Under the pieces are notes generated by a model. The model worked only from the letters and a program-made list of their open reading frames with translations, was not told the DNA's origin and made no database searches. A program made the position numbers and the translations under genes. Shown here piece after piece: positions 10,984-21,106 of a stretch of 64,000 bases of DNA. Each line of letters opens with the position of its first letter. Position 1 is the stretch's first letter. The DNA comes from an uncultured Bifidobacteriaceae bacterium (GTDB lineage Bacteria > Bacteroidota > Bacteroidia > UKL13-3), in NCBI GenBank assembly GCA_964392775.1, contig CAYMRD010000010.1, positions 10,834 through 74,833 on the forward strand, written 5' to 3'.

Positions 10984-13900
10984 ATGAATCGCTGGCCTTT
11001 CCTCTTTCTTATTATATCTCTGTGCTTCATTCAAAAAAACCGGGCTCAGGATTATGTATATTTTCACTACAATCAAAAAAACGGATTACCCCAAAATTCT
11101 GTCAATGATTTATTTTGGGATAGTTCTAACTTCCTTTGGGTTTCAACAGAAGACGGACTCACAAGATTTGACGGACACTCTTTTTATCAGTTCAACATTA
11201 ACAATACCCCCGGCATCCACTCTGACCGCTTTAGATGGATATTGAGAACCATTGACGGCACAACGGTAACCACCACTGTTGATGGAAACTTATTTGAACT
11301 TTCCCAGCATAACCCCAAGCCGTACCTAACCTCTAATCAAACATACCAGAAATACAGCGGCATTTTACCTGATAAAGAACAGCTCAAAAAGCTGATTTCA
11401 ATTGATCAGGAGCATATCATTGCAAACCAGTGGCGTTATTTCCCGACCCAGTTTATTCAGATTGGCAGAAGCACCTATGTACTCGGCAATGAAGGGATTT
11501 ACAAGCTGTCGGATTTAAAAAACAGTGATACGATAAAACATGACGGATCGATAACCAGGATATTCAACATAGGAGATTATGCTTATGCAACCGATGGCAA
11601 CCGGATATATCACATTGATGAGCTGAATAAAAAACTTATTCCTGTTTCGTTTGCCAGTCCGGTCAGATTAACAACACCGTTTAAAATATACTACCAGCCT
11701 TTAACGAAAAAAGCATGTGTAATAATTGATCAGAAACTTTACTTATGGTCTGTTGGAAGCGCCCCCGATACCATTCATTCTGAATTTAAAATAAACCTGC
11801 ACAATCAAACAATTGGCGAGGCCAGCAATGTTAGCTACAATGAGCAATCAAATATGATAGCCATCGGATCGCTGACAAACGGATTACATATTTTTAAGCC
11901 TAAATTATTTAAAACGCTCAGCCCGGATACATGGCAGCCCAAAAATGGCTATTATGCCAATATTTCACTGAATGATTCTACAGTAATTGACAGTTACGGA
12001 GATGAAATTTCCAGCTCATCCTGCCATTCATCCGGCTTTGACTTAACGAATGTAAATACCCACCTTCTTTACCTCGACAAATCTAATCGTTTGTGGAGCA
12101 GCAGAGCAGACACATTATACTATCAGACCAAAGGTCAGAAACGCCAGGGGATTAGTTTACACTACCCCGATTACATCCGCACATTTGCCGCAACGGGGGA
12201 TAGCCTGCTTGTTTTAACAAACCATCACGCCTTTGTATTAAAAGGTACCAAGATCCTGTACTCCGCTCCGCTCGAATACAATGGACAACCCTTTACGTTA
12301 AAATCAATGATGTTTGCCATATTCGCTAATCAAAAATGGATCCTGGGAGGCGAAAAGGGTATTTTTGAGCTTACGCTAAACGCAAAGGCGCAACTATCTC
12401 TTATGTTCAAGTATGAGCAGGTAAGATTTTTAACGGAGATAAACGGGATGATTATGGGGGGCAGCTATGGAAATGGATGGTTCGTTATTTCAAAAGGAAA
12501 AATAATCCGGCTCCCTGTTGATGCCAGACAATATCTTAATAAAGTACACAGCATTATGTCTGATGGCAAAGACCGGTTATTTCTGAGTACAAACAATGGA
12601 TTGTTCAGCACCACTATGAAGGAGCTGAACAACTATCTGAACGGACTGTCACCCTCAATGTATTTTCACTACTTTGATGATGATGAAGGTATTGAAAACA
12701 CAGAGTTTAACGGAGGCTGCTATCCTCCTGCCGTTCATGTAAAAAACGGTTATTTTTCATTTGCCAATATGGCCGGATTGGTCTGGTTCAAACCCGAAAT
12801 GCTCAGGCTTAAAACAGGTTCCTCCGGTAAGGTTATATATCTGGATGCGATTGAAGCTGATCTCGTGTCGATACCATATACAGATACCCTCTTTATCGAT
12901 CCCCAAACAGAAAATATCAGATTAAAGTTCTCAGTCATTTACTGGAATAATCCATACAATATCCGCCTGGACTATAAACTCAAAGGGACTACCCAAAACT
13001 GGACTCCATTGGATCCCGAAAATCCTAAACTCTCATTTACGAACTTAACTTCCGGTGAATTTACCCTTGTTATTCGTTCACAAACCGGATTTAATAATAA
13101 TGACATTTCATACCTGACAATCCCAATCGTTAAGAAGCCCAGATTCCATGAAACCGTATGGTTTATTGTTCTTTGTATCCTGCTTCTCTTTATCATCATT
13201 TTCGGAATAAATATGCTTTACAATAAACGATTGCTTACCCAAAACCTGCATCTCGAAAAAAGAGTCAGCGAACGCACTTCCGAATTGCAAAAAGCGAATC
13301 TGCGGCTTTCAAAATCAGAGCAGGATTTGACACAGGCAGTTAATGTCAAGAACAAACTTATATCTATTATTTCGCACGACATTGTTACCCCCCTCAAGTT
13401 TATCTCTCTGGTTTCGCGCAACTACAAAACCGATAAAAAAGACTCTAACAATTCGCAAAATGAGATTATCCGCGAAATCCATCATACTTCTCAACGTTTG
13501 CACGATAACTCATTGAATATTCTCAACTGGGTACGATACCAGAACAACTTAATAAAAGTTCACAAAACCAGCATCGCTCCTTTTGCCCTTGTTGAGGAGC
13601 TGACCGAACTGTTTAGAGAAGTAGCGGCTATGCGAAAAAACACAATAATCAATGAAGTAGAAATGGATGATATTATTGTTAATGATAAAAATATTCTGAC
13701 CATTATGATTCATAATATCTTATCAAATGCAGTAAAATACACCCACAGCAGTAATATCATCATTAGCTCTGAACATAAAAAAGACGATTGTTACATCATC
13801 ACAATTACAGATGACGGGAACGGCATCAGTGAAAACAACCTTAAACGTATTGAATCAATACGAAACAAGGCCAAGACAAATATCTTCGAAGACAGCGCAG

Positions 13901-14016
13901 AAGGCACAGGCTTAGGATACATTATTTTATTTGAACTGGCCGAACTGACAGGGGCTGATATAAAAATACAAAGCTCCGCAGATAAAGGAACCCAAATTAG
14001 TATTATCTTAAACTAA
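10984..14016 (+). CDS. Sensor histidine kinase with a periplasmic two-component-regulator beta-propeller/Y_Y_Y domain, one TM helix, HisKA and HATPase_c; no REC or HTH
   Basis: Signal/TM at the N-terminus, ~700 aa of propeller repeats, TM helix VWFIVLCILLLFIIIFGI, coiled coil, H-box ISHDIVTPL, ATPase motifs NAVKYT / DDGNGI / GTGLGY. The start is set at ATG 10984 (MNRWPF...), one nt after the regulator stop, not at the in-ORF 10936. Confidence 0.8.
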   Translation: MNRWPFLFLIISLCFIQKNRAQDYVYFHYNQKNGLPQNSVNDLFWDSSNFLWVSTEDGLTRFDGHSFYQFNINNTPGIHSDRFRWILRTIDGTTVTTTVDGNLFELSQHNPKPYLTSNQTYQKYSGILPDKEQLKKLISIDQEHIIANQWRYFPTQFIQIGRSTYVLGNEGIYKLSDLKNSDTIKHDGSITRIFNIGDYAYATDGNRIYHIDELNKKLIPVSFASPVRLTTPFKIYYQPLTKKACVIIDQKLYLWSVGSAPDTIHSEFKINLHNQTIGEASNVSYNEQSNMIAIGSLTNGLHIFKPKLFKTLSPDTWQPKNGYYANISLNDSTVIDSYGDEISSSSCHSSGFDLTNVNTHLLYLDKSNRLWSSRADTLYYQTKGQKRQGISLHYPDYIRTFAATGDSLLVLTNHHAFVLKGTKILYSAPLEYNGQPFTLKSMMFAIFANQKWILGGEKGIFELTLNAKAQLSLMFKYEQVRFLTEINGMIMGGSYGNGWFVISKGKIIRLPVDARQYLNKVHSIMSDGKDRLFLSTNNGLFSTTMKELNNYLNGLSPSMYFHYFDDDEGIENTEFNGGCYPPAVHVKNGYFSFANMAGLVWFKPEMLRLKTGSSGKVIYLDAIEADLVSIPYTDTLFIDPQTENIRLKFSVIYWNNPYNIRLDYKLKGTTQNWTPLDPENPKLSFTNLTSGEFTLVIRSQTGFNNNDISYLTIPIVKKPRFHETVWFIVLCILLLFIIIFGINMLYNKRLLTQNLHLEKRVSERTSELQKANLRLSKSEQDLTQAVNVKNKLISIISHDIVTPLKFISLVSRNYKTDKKDSNNSQNEIIREIHHTSQRLHDNSLNILNWVRYQNNLIKVHKTSIAPFALVEELTELFREVAAMRKNTIINEVEMDDIIVNDKNILTIMIHNILSNAVKYTHSSNIIISSEHKKDDCYIITITDDGNGISENNLKRIESIRNKAKTNIFEDSAEGTGLGYIILFELAELTGADIKIQSSADKGTQISIILN

Positions 14017-14063
14017 ACAAAGGCTCTGAATACCGATATAAATTATTTAATTGCACCTTTATT

Positions 14064-15035
14064 GTGAGCAGCATCCAGCATATAAAACATCCTATAGAAG
14101 CCGAGTTGGACTTATTTGAACAACGGTTCAGAGAGGCCATGAAAAGCAATGTTCCATTGCTGGACACAATCATGACCTATATCGTTAAACGCAAGGGCAA
14201 ACAAATACGCCCCATGTTTGTGTTTTATGCAGCAAAACTGTTCAGCGGCATCAATGACTCCACATATCGGGCAGCGTCACTTGTTGAGCTATTACACACT
14301 GCAACACTTGTTCATGATGATGTGGTGGATGACAGTGATGAACGCAGAGGCTTTTTCAGCATTAATGCGTTATGGAAAAATAAAATTGCCGTACTGGTGG
14401 GTGATTACCTTCTGAGTAAAGGACTATTACTCTCGGTAAAACATAAGGATTATCATTTGCTTGAAATTGTAAGTGAGGCTGTGGAGGCCATGAGCGAAGG
14501 CGAACTGTTGCAGATTGAAAAAACCCGCAGCTTAAACCTTAGCGAAGATGTTTATTTTGAGATTATCCGTAAAAAAACCGCATCCTTAATTGCCAGCTGT
14601 TGTGCCATTGGCGCTGCCAGTGCCGGAGCCGGTGAAAATGATATTAAAAACATGCGCCTGTTTGGCGAAAAAATCGGAATTGCATTTCAAATCAAGGATG
14701 ATTTACTGGATTATGGTGATGATGTTATCGGGAAACCAACCGGAATAGATTTAAAGGAAAAAAAGCTGACACTGCCAATCATTTACACGCTCAACAATAC
14801 CGATAAAGCAACCCGCAACCGCATCATCAATACCATTAAAAACCACAGCACTGATAAAGCAAAAATTGCCGAGGTGATTGATTATGTCAACAAACATGAT
14901 GGCATTGCATATACCCGAAACACCATGTTTCGTTTTAAGCAAGAGGCAATGGATATCCTCAATCAGTTTAAAAACAAGGAAACAGCGAACCAGCTCAGCC
15001 TGCTGGTTGATTTTGTAATAGACCGCACTAAATAA
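14064..15035 (+). CDS. ispB: Polyprenyl (octaprenyl/solanesyl) diphosphate synthase, IspB-like trans-isoprenyl diphosphate synthase
   Basis: First and second aspartate-rich motifs LVHDDVVDDSDERRG and KDDLLDYGDD. Apparent GTG start. Confidence 0.8.
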   Translation: MSSIQHIKHPIEAELDLFEQRFREAMKSNVPLLDTIMTYIVKRKGKQIRPMFVFYAAKLFSGINDSTYRAASLVELLHTATLVHDDVVDDSDERRGFFSINALWKNKIAVLVGDYLLSKGLLLSVKHKDYHLLEIVSEAVEAMSEGELLQIEKTRSLNLSEDVYFEIIRKKTASLIASCCAIGAASAGAGENDIKNMRLFGEKIGIAFQIKDDLLDYGDDVIGKPTGIDLKEKKLTLPIIYTLNNTDKATRNRIINTIKNHSTDKAKIAEVIDYVNKHDGIAYTRNTMFRFKQEAMDILNQFKNKETANQLSLLVDFVIDRTK

Positions 15036-15039
15036 ACAA

Positions 15040-15150
15040 TGACTCCGAATATTGTCCCCCGCTGCCCCCAACCCTAATGGGTGTTCCGCGCACAAGTATT
15101 TTAGAAAATGAGCGGTTGGCCCCCCTTCGAAGTTGAATCTTCCCGGCAGA
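15040..15150. repeat. Degraded copy of the MITE-like element whose full copy is at 29275-29432
   Basis: ~75 nt (15056-15124) is ~85% identical to 29316-29386, sharing the core gggtgttccgcgcacaagt.ttttagaaa.tg.gcggttgg. Flanking remnants of the terminal-repeat arms are present (ccgaatattgtc ; gttgaatcttcccgg). It lies between convergent genes. Confidence 0.55.
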
Positions 15151-15170
15151 CCCTAAATAAATTATTGGTA

Positions 15171-17093
15171 TTACTTAACAAGTTTCATCTCAACGCGCCT
15201 GTTAACCGAGTGTTGTTCCTCAGTACATATCACTCCGTCAGCACATTCGTTAAGCAGGTAGGTTTCACCCAAACCCCGTGTAATAATTTTTGATGCAGGT
15301 ACGCCCTTTGTCAACAGGTACTGTTTAACAGACAATGCTCTTCGATTTGTAAGCTTAAGATTATACTCAAATGGCCCCCTGCTGTCTGCATGGGCAACAA
15401 CAAAAACCTTATAGCCGGGATTTGCTTCCAACAGCAATGCTACCGAGTCGGCAGCCTGCATATTAGCGGCATCAATACCCGCATCATTAAACTTAAACTG
15501 AACCGGTGTGAAGGTTTTGTTTAGTAAAACTTCAGCAGGGTATACATGCTCTTTATCAGCCACAGGAAGAGCAACTGGTACTGGTGCCTTAGCCACAGTT
15601 TCCCCGCTTGCAGGATTCGAATTCGCCTTGTTGTCACTTTTATCATTTCCTGCCGTTGCGGCAACTACCACTCCACCAGCGGCAACGGCTCCTTTAGGTA
15701 CCGATGTTGGTGGTGGAGCCGAAACTTCCTTTTGCGCTACAACACCTGTGGTGGCGGCCGGTGCGGCCGCAGGCGGATTAACCTGTACTACCGGTTCACC
15801 TAATTCATTACGGGGTGCAACTTCATTAAAATAATACACGAAGTCTGCTCCATCCTCATTGTCGCGGTTTGATGAAAAGTATCCCGTTCTGCCACCATCT
15901 TTCGTTATAAATGCAACATCATCACGATATGAATTAATCGGTTGACCAATATTTTTCAGTGCTGACGGAAGCAAGAATTTATTAAGCCTCGCCACAAAAA
16001 TATCATATCCTCCGTATCCATTAAAACCTTTAGAAGAAAAGTAGATTAATCCATCACTACACCATGGAAAAAGCTCATTTTCCTCAGTATTGATAACCTT
16101 CCCCATATTCACAGGATCACCCCATTTTCCGGTTTCATCCTTTAGCGACTTCCATATATCAAATCCACCGAACCCTCCCGGCATATTTGAGCTAAAAAAC
16201 AAAACATTACCATCCTCAGAGATAAACGGATGTACAAAGCTGTAATCTTCATCATTAAAAGCTACCGGTACCGGATTCTGAAACATCCCTCCCTCATTTG
16301 CCGCTACATAAATCTGAAAATTAGAAACACCATCACTACTAACCTTAACACCTCCAACAGATTTTGTTTTACCCCGTTTGATTTGTTGAGAATTGGCGGA
16401 GAAAAAAAGAAACATTCCGTCTTTGGATACGGATGGGGCTCCCTCATTTAAGTCAAACTGGATGAAATCCATAATTTTCAGATCCGGCATAAATTCAGTA
16501 TTGCTTTCCTTACGGGCATAATCCAAATCAAATACCGGAATATCCGCCTTCCCTGCATTGGGTTTGGTTCGTTCATGGGAGTATATCAACCCGTCATCAT
16601 AAAAACAATAGCCTAAAGCCTGACCACTTATATCAAGGTTGGTTGGAAAAGTTTCGTAATTCTTAATGGTATCGGCATTGCGGATTGCCCAATTTACAGA
16701 GCGGATAAAGGGCTCTGCCAAATCTGTTCCTGTTACGTCCTGGTATTTTTTGAACTGCTTCCGGGCCTCATTATACTTGCCGTTCAACTTGAGAATATTT
16801 CCATAGTCGATATAATATTCAGGCTTAACATCTCCCCCACTCGTCATAATCATCTTAAAGTATTCCTCCGACTTTCGATATTCAAACAAATACTTATAAC
16901 ATTGAGAAAGCTGCTCATAAAGATACAAGCGCTGTTTGGGCTTTGTAGAAATTTCAAGTGCTTCCTGATAATATTTGGCCGCCTCCCTAAAATGGAAAAA
17001 TTCAAAGTACACATCACCATAGTCAATTGCAACCCTTTGTGAAAAGGACTGAATTGTCAGATGAAGGAATATAAGCAGTAATATTTTTTTCAT
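15171..17093 (-). CDS. OmpA-family outer-membrane/peptidoglycan-associated protein with N-terminal TPR repeats and a TolB-like beta-propeller
   Basis: Signal peptide; TPR-like N-terminus; WD40/TolB-like middle; Pro/Ala-rich linker; C-terminal OmpA_C motif (NLKLTNRRALSVKQYLLTKGVPASKI...RRVEM). Confidence 0.8.
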   Translation of the reverse strand: MKKILLLIFLHLTIQSFSQRVAIDYGDVYFEFFHFREAAKYYQEALEISTKPKQRLYLYEQLSQCYKYLFEYRKSEEYFKMIMTSGGDVKPEYYIDYGNILKLNGKYNEARKQFKKYQDVTGTDLAEPFIRSVNWAIRNADTIKNYETFPTNLDISGQALGYCFYDDGLIYSHERTKPNAGKADIPVFDLDYARKESNTEFMPDLKIMDFIQFDLNEGAPSVSKDGMFLFFSANSQQIKRGKTKSVGGVKVSSDGVSNFQIYVAANEGGMFQNPVPVAFNDEDYSFVHPFISEDGNVLFFSSNMPGGFGGFDIWKSLKDETGKWGDPVNMGKVINTEENELFPWCSDGLIYFSSKGFNGYGGYDIFVARLNKFLLPSALKNIGQPINSYRDDVAFITKDGGRTGYFSSNRDNEDGADFVYYFNEVAPRNELGEPVVQVNPPAAAPAATTGVVAQKEVSAPPPTSVPKGAVAAGGVVVAATAGNDKSDNKANSNPASGETVAKAPVPVALPVADKEHVYPAEVLLNKTFTPVQFKFNDAGIDAANMQAADSVALLLEANPGYKVFVVAHADSRGPFEYNLKLTNRRALSVKQYLLTKGVPASKIITRGLGETYLLNECADGVICTEEQHSVNRRVEMKLVK

Positions 17094-18619
17094 ACCTGTT
17101 TACTCATCATGTGGGTTGCTGACAAGATTTCTTCAATATATTGTCGGGTGTTTGATAATCGTGGAACTTTATGCTGACCACCTAATTTACCTGCTCGTTT
17201 TAACCATGCCTGAAATGTTCCTTTGGGTAACACTTTTACAATCGGACGGATCATGGCCATATCTTTAAACCGTTTCGCCTCGTAATCGCTGTTCACCTGT
17301 TTCAAATGTGAATCCAGTTCATCCGTAAAATGTTCAATTGATGCAGGCATTTCATCAAATTCAATTAACCATTCATGCGCACCAATCTTGTGATCTTCAA
17401 AATGTACGGGAGCAGCAGTATAATCGGTTATACTGGCGTTTAATTTTTTGCACGCTGATGAAATTGCAAAATCAGCATTTTCAATCATCAGCTCTTCGCC
17501 AAAAGCATTTATAAAATGTTTGGTTCTGCCGGTTATAATAAAACGAAACGGATTGACCGAGGTGAAACGAATGGTATCGCCAATGATATAACGCCAGAGT
17601 CCCGAATTGGTGGAAATCACTAAAGCATAATTCACATCTTTCTCAACCTCATCAAGGGTATGTGTTTTGGGATGATCTTTCCCGTATTCGCTCATCGGCA
17701 TAAATTCATAAAAAATGCCATAGTCGAGCATCAATAACATATCCGATCGTTGCATGGAATCCTGAATACCCAAAAATCCTTCTGAGGCATTGTAAGTTTC
17801 CAGATAAGAAACATTTGATGATTGTATAAGTTTACTGAACCTGTTGCGGTATGGCGCAAAGCTTACACCGCCATGAATGTATAATTCCAGGTTGGGCCAG
17901 ATATCGGTAAGGTTGTTTTTGCCGGTAACTTCAAGTAGCTTTTCTATAAGCACCAATGTCCATGTAGGAACCCCTGAAATATTTGTGACATCTTCATTCT
18001 GAGTTGCCGCCACCATTTTTTCAATTTTCTCGTCCCAGTTATCCATGGTGGCAATATCTAAATCAGGCGTTCGGAAATAGTGCGCCCAGAACGGCAGATT
18101 TTGCATCATTACAGCAGATACGTCTCCATAATAACTATCGGTATTTCCATTGTTAATCTGATGACTTCCGCCCATTACCAACCCTTTGCCGTCAAATATC
18201 CTGCTATCAGGCTTATTCAGATGGTAAAACAACAGAGCATCTTTTCCTCCCTGAAAATGACACTCTTCCAAACTCTCGTATGTAACCGGAATAAACTTGC
18301 TTTTTGAGCTTGTTGTGCCTGATGATTTGGCAAACCACCGCACTTCGCTTGGCCAGAGAATATTCTGTTCTCCCTTCATCATCCGGTCAATATACGGCTT
18401 CAACGATTCGTAATTTCCTACCGGAACCCTTTCTTTAAACTCATCAATACTCTTTATCGAACCATATCCGTATTTTTTCCCCCACCCTGTATCACGGGCA
18501 GTATCTACCAAATGTCGAAACAGGTCATACTGTACCTGTTGAGGGTACTGCATAAAATGTTCGATATTCGGTATCCGTTTTTTCAGATACCAGGTTACTA
18601 GTGAATTGAATATGGCCAT
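17090..18619 (-). CDS. GH3 auxin-responsive-promoter family protein (GH3-like acyl-adenylate ligase)
   Basis: The characteristic N-terminus (...KKRIPNIEHFMQYPQQVQYDLFRHLVDTARDTGWGKKYGY...SIDEFKERVPV...YESLKPYIDRM) and the AMP-binding-like SSGTT motif, as in bacterial GH3 homologues. Confidence 0.75.
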   Translation of the reverse strand: MAIFNSLVTWYLKKRIPNIEHFMQYPQQVQYDLFRHLVDTARDTGWGKKYGYGSIKSIDEFKERVPVGNYESLKPYIDRMMKGEQNILWPSEVRWFAKSSGTTSSKSKFIPVTYESLEECHFQGGKDALLFYHLNKPDSRIFDGKGLVMGGSHQINNGNTDSYYGDVSAVMMQNLPFWAHYFRTPDLDIATMDNWDEKIEKMVAATQNEDVTNISGVPTWTLVLIEKLLEVTGKNNLTDIWPNLELYIHGGVSFAPYRNRFSKLIQSSNVSYLETYNASEGFLGIQDSMQRSDMLLMLDYGIFYEFMPMSEYGKDHPKTHTLDEVEKDVNYALVISTNSGLWRYIIGDTIRFTSVNPFRFIITGRTKHFINAFGEELMIENADFAISSACKKLNASITDYTAAPVHFEDHKIGAHEWLIEFDEMPASIEHFTDELDSHLKQVNSDYEAKRFKDMAMIRPIVKVLPKGTFQAWLKRAGKLGGQHKVPRLSNTRQYIEEILSATHMMSKQV

Positions 18620-18684
18620 GCAGAAATAGGCTAATTGTCTGTAAGTTTAATGCTAAACTTGGAATAAAACAATAGCCGGTTCCA

Positions 18685-19959
18685 CTAATACATTGTGGAA
18701 TAGTCTGTCAAAAAATCATAAATAAGAGCAAACGACTGATTGTAACGGCTAAATGTAACCGCATCTGCATTGTCTCCCGGGTCATGATAACAACAATATT
18801 CTCCCATCAAATAAAAGAAAAATGCCTTTACTCCTTTTTCCGAAAAATAGTAATGATCGCTGTTGGCGGCCTTTCCGCGGGAGCTTACCACCGGCAAATA
18901 GTCGTTGGTAATATTGATAAGCTGCAACTGCCTGAACTCATCAGGAAACAATGTGGCGTTTACAACCGTCATACCTTTATCTCCCGTTCCCATCAAGTCC
19001 AGATTAATGAGCATACTGATCCGGGACAGTGGAAACAATGGTTTTTCTGTATAATACAATGACCCTAACAGGCCGATTTCTTCACCGGCAAATGCAATAA
19101 ACGCTACGGAATAGTCAAGAGGTTTTTCCTTAACCTTACGCATTAAATCCAACATCATAGCAACACCGCTGGCATTGTCATTTGCGCCCGGAAAAAGTGC
19201 TTCGGATCCCATCATTCCAAGATGGTCATAGTGTGCAGTAATAACAAGAAACGAATCGGGATAGCGGGTTCCTTTCACATAACCGGCCACATTGTGCATA
19301 TTATAGTCGTTGATCTCCGACTCTACTGTCAACTTACATTTGAGCTGGTGACGTTTAAGCGCTCCCTTTTTTATGTATACAACCGGATAATTATCCCAAT
19401 CCATTGACGCTCCCCAGGTGAGCTTATCCTGATTTGAATAAATCAAGCCTTTAGCACGGTAGCCGTTTTTAAGAATCTTTTGCTGAGCTTCAGCATTAAT
19501 AAGCTGGCGGTCTTTTATACCATCCACCACCAACAGGGTTTTGTAAAATGATGTTTTTTGAAACGCCCCGAACTCGGTTGGGTTATCCAGAGTTGATGAG
19601 TCGACAAACAATATATCAAAAACGCCCATTACTTTAGGGCATCCCGGAGCAATGATAAAATCCGTTCCGGGAACAAGCGGCTCATCTTCAACAATAAACT
19701 GAACCTTATCGGGAAACGAAACCGCCTGATAGGCAAACGACTGAAAATACTCTCCGTTCCATGAAAGAAGGTTGTTTTTCTTGAACTCCTCTTTGATGAA
19801 GTTAGCAGCTTTTTGGGCCCCGTTGTTTACATACCCTCTGCCCGAAAAATCTTCGCTGCACAGCGTATTCAGGACCGAACGGGCATACTCCACATCCTGC
19901 GCAAGCAACGGGATGCTGCACACTCCAAACAACAGTATGCACAACAGGCGCGTAAACAT
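18685..19959 (-). CDS. M28 family zinc aminopeptidase (secreted)
   Basis: Signal peptide. M28 metal-binding motifs HYDHLG, GANDNASGVAMMLDL and GEEIGLLGS. Confidence 0.8.
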   Translation of the reverse strand: MFTRLLCILLFGVCSIPLLAQDVEYARSVLNTLCSEDFSGRGYVNNGAQKAANFIKEEFKKNNLLSWNGEYFQSFAYQAVSFPDKVQFIVEDEPLVPGTDFIIAPGCPKVMGVFDILFVDSSTLDNPTEFGAFQKTSFYKTLLVVDGIKDRQLINAEAQQKILKNGYRAKGLIYSNQDKLTWGASMDWDNYPVVYIKKGALKRHQLKCKLTVESEINDYNMHNVAGYVKGTRYPDSFLVITAHYDHLGMMGSEALFPGANDNASGVAMMLDLMRKVKEKPLDYSVAFIAFAGEEIGLLGSLYYTEKPLFPLSRISMLINLDLMGTGDKGMTVVNATLFPDEFRQLQLINITNDYLPVVSSRGKAANSDHYYFSEKGVKAFFFYLMGEYCCYHDPGDNADAVTFSRYNQSFALIYDFLTDYSTMY

Positions 19960-19986
19960 GGAAACTGTTTTTAAGCTTGTTATAAC

Positions 19987-20241
19987 TTAGATTTTTGAAA
20001 GCGTATAGTCGTAACGCTCCATAATCAAATTAGCCAAAAGCTTTTTGCATGCATCATCAACCATTTGTGAAGCCTGTTGCTCATCACTTGCCTCAATTTC
20101 AAGTGAGATATGTTTGCCCACACGTACATTTTGAATAGATGGCAATCCGATGTTTTTCATACTTCCGGTTACCGCTTTACCCTGAGGATCGAGCAGGGCA
20201 TCATGAGGCATCACATTAATTTCAGCTTTAAACTTTGTCAT
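19987..20241 (-). CDS. purS: Phosphoribosylformylglycinamidine synthase subunit PurS
   Basis: MTKFKAEINVMPHDALLDPQGKAVTGSMKNIGLP...RVGKHISLEIEA matches the PurS fold consensus. The start is trimmed to MTKF from the longer ORF. Confidence 0.8.
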   Translation of the reverse strand: MTKFKAEINVMPHDALLDPQGKAVTGSMKNIGLPSIQNVRVGKHISLEIEASDEQQASQMVDDACKKLLANLIMERYDYTLSKI

Positions 20242-21106
20242 TGCGTTTATTGATAAATTGAGAAACAATAGAAATTACGATATAAAGAATAATAGCAATC
20301 GGAATACCTGAATATCCGAATGCAAGCACCGATGCAACCGAAGAACCGATCAGCAAATACCTGAATTCATTTCCCTGCCAGCTAAACTGTTTAAATTTAA
20401 GCGCCAGCAAAGGAAGTTCGGCAACCAACATATAAGCCGAAAGCAAAGGGAAGAATGTCAGGAAATAGGCATTAGAGAATAATATTCCCAGACCAATCAT
20501 ATCATGTTCCATTACAAATGGAATACTTGCAATAAACATGGCATTTGCCGGTGTTGGAACACCAATAAAAGAATCGCTCTGGCGTGTATCAATATTAAAC
20601 TTGGCAAGCCTTATTGCAGAAAAAACCGGAATAAGCAAAACGATATAACGATTGATACAAAAACCATCCATTGCAAAACACTGCTTAGACAGCATCATAA
20701 AAATCATCCCCGGAGCAACGCCAAAACTCACCATATCAGCCAAAGAATCCAGTTGTTTGCCAATTTCTGAATAGGCCTTAAGGGCTCGGGCAACAAACCC
20801 GTCAAAAAAATCAAGTACAGCTGCCACTCCTATGTAGATTGAAGCTATGGTCAAATCTCCGTTAAGAGCTGCCATTATCGACAAGCAACCACATACCAGA
20901 TTGAGGGACGTAAGTGTATTTGGAATATGCTTAATCACTGTATCGCGTTTAGGCCCGCAAAGTACGCTTATATGATTTGTTAAAAAAATATTGCGGTGGT
21001 TTTTACCAACAATTCTATATTTTTGGAGATGAGGTGTTCTCTTCAAAATATTCTTTTTTGTACCCTTCTTTGTGTTCTTTGTTCCTTTACAAAAGGGCCG
21101 GAACAA
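20228..21106 (-). CDS. pssA: CDP-diacylglycerol--serine O-phosphatidyltransferase (CDP-alcohol phosphatidyltransferase family). The listed ORF start is probably over-extended.
   Basis: CDP-OH phosphatidyltransferase signature DGFVARAL...G.QLDSLADMVSFGVAP in a multi-TM protein. The first ~55 codons of the ORF (MFRPFCKGTKNTKKGTKK...) are a basic low-complexity stretch and overlap the divergent ORF at 21029. The real start is probably internal, e.g. GTG near 20938 (VIKHIPNTLTSLNL). Confidence 0.7.
   Translation of the reverse strand: MFRPFCKGTKNTKKGTKKNILKRTPHLQKYRIVGKNHRNIFLTNHISVLCGPKRDTVIKHIPNTLTSLNLVCGCLSIMAALNGDLTIASIYIGVAAVLDFFDGFVARALKAYSEIGKQLDSLADMVSFGVAPGMIFMMLSKQCFAMDGFCINRYIVLLIPVFSAIRLAKFNIDTRQSDSFIGVPTPANAMFIASIPFVMEHDMIGLGILFSNAYFLTFFPLLSAYMLVAELPLLALKFKQFSWQGNEFRYLLIGSSVASVLAFGYSGIPIAIILYIVISIVSQFINKRNDKV

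Noticed and set aside
15508-15834. Two + strand ORFs (108 and 85 aa) inside the OmpA gene.
   Set aside because: They are antisense to the Pro/Ala-rich linker of the OmpA-family protein, and their Ala/Gly/Thr-rich translations mirror that linker. Spurious.
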